Positions 61,701 through 64,000 of a DNA stretch of 64,000 nucleotides are shown here, piece by piece; within the stretch, counting starts at the first letter, position 1, and each line of letters opens with the position of its first letter. The notes under the pieces were generated by a model. That model had not been told where the DNA came from. It did no database searches and saw only the letters and a list, made by a program, of their open reading frames with translations. Where the stretch lies: assembly GCA_963706595.1 (NCBI GenBank), contig OY970166.1, positions 1,664,001-1,728,000 on the forward strand, given 5' to 3'. A program made the translations under genes and the position numbers. This stretch comes from an uncultured cyanobacterium. Lineage in GTDB: Bacteria > Cyanobacteriota > Cyanobacteriia > Cyanobacteriales > Nostocaceae.

Positions 61701-64000
61701 CAGAATATCAGTAAAATTAGTTACTGGAATAATCAGCGCTTTGTTACGTTCTGGTGTGGGGAGATTAGGCGCACGGAAGGCAACGTAAGCGGCATCACTA
61801 TCGGGGGCAACTGTCAAGCCTTCAATGCTAAAACCGTTGGCAACTTCGGGAGATATGCCATCTGCGGCACTAGCAGCTAATCCGAGATAATCAGCACCCA
61901 AGCCGTGACCGTTGCTGCTATCCCAAGCAATCAGGTCATCTTCGAGAAACTGGTAGTATCCCTGAAAAGTCAGGGTAGCATTAGATTCTGTGCCAGTAAT
62001 TTCTGTAGCAAAAATCCGTTCGCGGTTGGGTCTGTCTTGGCTACTGCTATTGTTGCTGTGGGAACCCATCCAGTAAATTGTGTCACCAATTCTGGTAGAG
62101 GCTTCAATATCTACTTCACTGGAACCAGATAAGCCTAACATTGAGGTGAAGTCAAAACTGGCTAATGGTAAACCGGAGTTATTGCGATCGTATAGCCGAA
62201 TTGTTTGGTCTTCGTCGTCGGCAACGAACATATAATTGGCATCAATAGCGATCGCACTAGAAGCGTCACTTGTACCTGTCAAGAAGCGGGTGGTGGGAGT
62301 TCCAGACCCGGCAGAAGCGGCGTAGTTAATAATGTAAGAGTTGCTGAGTGTACCGTCACTCACCGTAACTGTGATATTTGCCAGACCAACACCAGTCGGA
62401 TTAATCTTGAGATTGCGTTCTGCACCGCTACCAGAAAGGGTGAGGTTGGCATCAGGGACAACTGCTTGATTACTGCTGGTGACTGTAACTGTCAGATCGC
62501 CAAGTGCTGTATCGGAGTCACTCAGGGTGAAATCAATTCCTAGTGTTTTAGCAGGGTCGGTAGGATCGTTAATTACACCACTGATTGCACCAGCACCTGT
62601 AATTGCTAGGGGAACTGGTAAGTTCTCTCCATCAAGAAAATCTGTTGTAGTGGGATTAATTTCAATTTTTGGTGTGCCAACAATGGATACAGGATTGGGA
62701 ATATAAGTACCTGGGTTGGCGACATCACCACCAGTAGATAAACGCGAATTCTGACCATCATTGACGGTGGAAAGTTGCCAATCAGGAGTAATCTCAAAAG
62801 CATCTAGATTTGCTGCTTCTGTCCAGCCACTAGCGTTCTGAGTGCGAATTGTCCCGACAATTCCTTCATCGTTATAAGTCAGGCGATCAATTAATTGCCC
62901 ATTTTCATCGTACAGATTAATCTCATCGTTCCGTCCTAAACCTTGGTTGGAGTTGCCGATGATTTTCACTGATTCAGATAATCCCCAGGCTGTACGGAAT
63001 GTTTCGGCTGGTTCTTCGGTTAAAATAACTGATTCTCCAGGCTGGACAATCCCATAACCACTGACCCCGAAGGAACCAGGAGTGCGGGTGTTATCGTCAA
63101 AACTCCAACCAGTAAAATCTACGGCTGTAAGGCCGAGGTTGGTAAATTCGACGAATTCTCCATCAGCACCAGAATACATATACTCGGTGATTTGGATGTC
63201 AACGTTAGTATTGGGAACTGCATCGTTGTCGGTAATATTTACCGTAACGTTAGCGATCGCAATTCCATTGTAGTTAGCATCACTACTGCTGACACTATGG
63301 GTAATTGTCCCTGTGTGTGTACCCTCAACGACATCATCATCGACAGCCATGACTGTCACTGTTTGGTCTACATTCCAGTTGTCGGGAGTGAAAATCAACG
63401 TTGGCGAACTGGTTGTCACTTGTTCATCCACAGTGATGTCGATAGTCACATTTGCTGTGGGCTGAGTTTTCAGTGCTATGGTGTAGCTATCTGTAGCCCC
63501 ACCTTCACTGACATCGGTGCGATCGCTAGATTGAGTGATAACTACGCCAGGGACGGGTATGATATTGACGTTATAGAACCCTGGGTTGCCAATATCGCCA
63601 GCAGTAGAAGCTAAGGAATTCTGGGCATCACCGACAGTAGACAATACCCAATCAGGATTAATATTGACAGCATCTAGATTAGCTGGATCAGTCCAGCCAC
63701 TGGCGTTCTGAGTACGAATTGTCCCTGGAAATGCTTGATCTCCATAGGTGAGGCGGTCTATCAGTTCACCGTTATTATCGTACAAATTAATTTCATCAGC
63801 GCGCCCGATATTTCGTGTCAATCCGCCAATTACCTTGACGGAAGCCGATAATCCCCATGCTAAACGGAAATCCTCTTCAGTCGTTTCTGTGAGGATAACT
63901 GATTCTTCAGGCTGCACAATCCCGAAAGCGCTCAAATCCACAGTCCCAGGTGTGCGACCACTATCATCGTAACTCCAGCCAGTGAAGTCTACTGCGGTAG
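52713..64000 (-). CDS. Giant secreted multidomain phosphohydrolase (LTD x2, DUF3616-like propeller, ExeM/NucH nuclease, phytase, phytase-like domain with two GDPD domains, Calx-beta, DUF4114); 5' end outside window
   Basis: Frame open to the window edge. Motifs: ITEYMY...[51 protein letters not shown]; two GHRGASG..PEHTL...FTDFP; GFEDL...DYND. Confidence 0.92.
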   Translation of the reverse strand, partial: TAVDFTGWSYDDSGRTPGTVDLSAFGIVQPEESVILTETTEEDFRLAWGLSASVKVIGGLTRNIGRADEINLYDNNGELIDRLTYGDQAFPGTIRTQNASGWTDPANLDAVNINPDWVLSTVGDAQNSLASTAGDIGNPGFYNVNIIPVPGVVITQSSDRTDVSEGGATDSYTIALKTQPTANVTIDITVDEQVTTSSPTLIFTPDNWNVDQTVTVMAVDDDVVEGTHTGTITHSVSSSDANYNGIAIANVTVNITDNDAVPNTNVDIQITEYMYSGADGEFVEFTNLGLTAVDFTGWSFDDNTRTPGSFGVSGYGIVQPGESVILTEEPAETFRTAWGLSESVKIIGNSNQGLGRNDEINLYDENGQLIDRLTYNDEGIVGTIRTQNASGWTEAANLDAFEITPDWQLSTVNDGQNSRLSTGGDVANPGTYIPNPVSIVGTPKIEINPTTTDFLDGENLPVPLAITGAGAISGVINDPTDPAKTLGIDFTLSDSDTALGDLTVTVTSSNQAVVPDANLTLSGSGAERNLKINPTGVGLANITVTVSDGTLSNSYIINYAASAGSGTPTTRFLTGTSDASSAIAIDANYMFVADDEDQTIRLYDRNNSGLPLASFDFTSMLGLSGSSEVDIEASTRIGDTIYWMGSHSNNSSSQDRPNRERIFATEITGTESNATLTFQGYYQFLEDDLIAWDSSNGHGLGADYLGLAASAADGISPEVANGFSIEGLTVAPDSDAAYVAFRAPNLPTPERNKALIIPVTNFTDILDNTGGTSGSATFGAPILLDLGGRSIRSIERNSNNQYLIIAGPAGGATGTAPNDFRLYTWNGNAADAPVLRTANLTALNVGGSFETIVEVPDELTSSSEIQVLIDNGDFVWYDNGTNSKDLAQDNFQKFRSDIITLGSELTTIPPEAISLSTPYSQSFDSLISSGTNQSWVNAETIPGWYATRETINAGTGSSNSGSLYSFGTTEDTDRALGSVASNGTNTIHYGARFFNDTDATISTLSISYIGEQWRNGGNTTQHQLNFAYQIGATDLTSGTWVDFDRLDFLAPIATSSGGALDGNNSDNRASVADTLTGFSLAPGEEIWLRWTDINESGSDHGLAIDNLQVSTAALPGFSLIESDGSTNVTEAGATDTYTLVLNTQPTANVTVTINTDSQSTTTPANLIFTPDNWDTPQIVTIIAADDDVVEGTHLSNISHAVTSSDVNYNGLNIAEITATITDNDEVVEISKIHEVQGSGAIANFLGTFQTIEGIVVGDFQAAGGVQNLRGFYVQEEDTDIDGDASTSEGIFVFDDNFGVNVKVGDKVRLTGEVSEFASSGSSLTQLRNLTNVTIVSEDNPLPTASALSFPILSIDDLEAFEGMRVTIPQTLTVTEHFQLGRFGQVVLSSDGDTNQPGTDGRLEQYTQFNAPSISGNAAYQAEIAKRRIILDDGQSIQNPDPIIHGRGGQPLNGDNTLRGGDTVMGLSGILDARFGDYRIQPVDPANFTPANVRPETAPDVGGRLKVASFNVLNYFNGDGQGEGFDSPEQRGADDSVEFDRQRNKVIQAILDINADVLGLIEIENDGYGANSAIQDLVNGLNAVAGAGTYALINPGLAQLGTDDIAVGFIYKPSNVTPVGIAATVPDGFGQGAFDDNNRKPLAQTFQENSSGEEFTAVVNHFKSKGSSAGGVGDTDIGDGQGASNGTRTRASQDLAAWLATNPTGITDPDYLIMGDINAYAKEDPITTLETAGYENLVSNSSYSFVFSGQWGSLDHALANGSLATQVTGAAKWHINADEPNVLDYNTNFKSAGQVESLYSPDAFRSSDHDPVIIGLNLNSGADLVPTVTPSVETRPDLFDDEDPAQAVVDQNADADDPAIYVNATNSADSLVLTAVKNAGIRVYDLSGNLLQTVNPGGIRYNNVDLQYGFNLGGESVDIAVASDRENDTLVFFKINPNGNADGEYLEDITASNIGTLFQAAPFSPPYSADDISAYGVAMYRSPVTNDYYVFANRADTGDVAQYKLIDQGNGKIGVERVREFTVPTKAGFDPQTEGMVADQETGFLYIGQENVGIWKFQAEPNGGKTGTLIDQVKELGGSNLTPDVEGLTIYYGANGTGYLLASSQGDNTFAIYNRQGNNEYLGSFAVGSNGAIDSVQESDGADVINVPLGANFPYGLFVTQDGNNDPAKLVEDDGELENVNSNFKFVPWENIADAFPNPLNIDTTGYDPRNPVPQPNNQPITPDVTLVGFASLPADTFAEGPPSGNAITGNTNGRNVPFASQPIQGFSAVQVADDSSFWFLSDNGFGSKANSPDYLLRIYRVDPSFQGAEVGGDGSVNVLDFVQLSDPDKKVPFEIINENTPDRLLTGSDFDLESLVVAKDGSFWIGEEFGPYLLHFDATGKLIEAPIDTPNYVSLNTLNGEAPIVIGHRGASGELPEHTLGAYKLAIERGADFIEPDLVITQDGVLIARHEPNLIATTDVASRPEFSDRLTTKMVDGVAEEGFFASDFTLAEIKTLRAIMPQGFRTQVFNGLYEIPTFEEIIELVQQIEADTGKKIGIYPETKHPTFHDDLGLSLEEPLLATLEQTGFTDPSRIYIQSFEVSNLKELSQVTDIPLVQLFDAIDVNLDGSLIETQPYDFVVSGDDRTYADLRTPEGLQEIATYASGVGPWKRMIRSVQGVDANNDGQADDVNGDGVVNDADKTLTPPTSLVKDAHDAGLLIHPYTFRNEGRFLAADYNGNPEAEFIDFINLGVDGYFTDFPGTGDRVRDQLTGEFVISPDNPALIPPEFATLDGSAPLVIGHRGASGSRPEHTLEAYKLAIADGANFIEPDLVATKDGYLVARHENALAILNDDDSVNRTDTSTDVNERPEFADRFTTKVIDGRTIRGWFTEDFTLAEIKTLNSIERLPDLRGTNFDGDGLKVPSLEEIIALVKQVEAETGRKIGIYPETKHPTFFASEGKLLNGSDININLGEVLVNTLVAQDFTDPERVFIQSFEVGNLQELKQVIMPAAGIDIPLVQLLGGANGKPYDFVVSGDSRTYGDLTNPTELANIATYAAGIGPNKRLIVPSVGGVLQAPTTLVQDAHAVGLLLHPYTFRNEDIFLAAEYNGDPKLEYQQFIELGIDGFFSDFPGTGSLVVDQLLGDPVYSNLASSRGFEGMAISLDKKTIYPMLEGTVIGDPANSLRIYEFDAESKQYQGLAGYYRMEQPNHAIGALTVVNENEFLVIERDGRQGASAQFKKIFKIDLSQKDANGFVSKEEVVDLLKIQDPNDLNGDGDTLFTFPFVTIESVVVIDKNTLLLANDNNYPFSVGRPPEIDNNEIILLGLDKPLNLATSVVSIESLVIDAAETGNQPGVFRISRVGNTSKSLAVNYTVEGTATNNVDYNNLTGVATIAAGQTFVDVTVTPADDDFVEGDETVILNLVDQAEYVLDISNSATVTIADNDVSLVNNPGSDTFTIRGQSETTQLQVTLTRTRPNQLHELGVFTVDDAIGSVNGIAPGNAGYAEAALERAQAIFSAVHRLPTGFSRDNITRLLEFNSGDNLRFYAVPNGTTDEVQAGFIPITDVLFSNASTQRITNLGNDEFSLAWKVRPLRSNNYQDFEVKIQATEQPLPLGTGLQAGLQSELIDLRGITESVQAEFIVNRDAALNNYVSFYQVTDDNGGIDINGDGNADILPGEAGYGQAAVNARVPGIDLTTNNRRTSTYTATLEAGSLLAPFIIADGRPENVNDQPIYFPFLGANPTQVDHITMLGNNVFGFEDLQRGSDKDYNDMIVRVNLTVG

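Noticed and set aside
53792..63972. Many short overlapping or antisense ORFs inside the giant gene
   Set aside because: Shadow frames of a long coding sequence, with no motifs or RBS support.

Overview
Chromosomal segment of a heterocyst-forming (Nostocales-type) cyanobacterium. This is inferred from abundant HIP1 GCGATCGC octamers, heptamer tandem repeats, psaK, apcF, CP12 and the NtcA-controlled glnA/gifA pair. Core genes: a probable Zur-controlled COG0523/WD40 unit, sufE, a TonB/ABC iron or heme uptake cluster, psaK, recQ, aas (frameshifted), pdhC, rtcB, tRNA-Ala(CGC), tlyA, apcF, glnA, gifA, an RsbU/STAS pair, mlaE and a more than 3,760-aa multi-phosphatase running off the right edge. There are four accessory hotspots. 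(1) A 5.2-kb cassette with no integrase, bracketed by a 281-bp duplication of the tlyA 5' end. It encodes a NACHT NTPase fused to 16 near-identical 93-bp HEAT repeats with a hypervariable di-residue and a C-terminal metallophosphoesterase, plus a divergent membrane protein. This is the best candidate for an undescribed NLR-like defence system. (2) A tRNA-Ala-adjacent island with an unannotated RHH-like ORF, a Panacea/MazF-type toxin-antitoxin pair and a shattered tniQ of the type V-K CAST kind. (3) An IS607 with an internally deleted tnpB and a nearby non-coding IS200/IS605 derivative. (4) Many MITEs and REP-like repeats, several with readable target duplications. All calls come from reading motifs by eye; no database searches were run.
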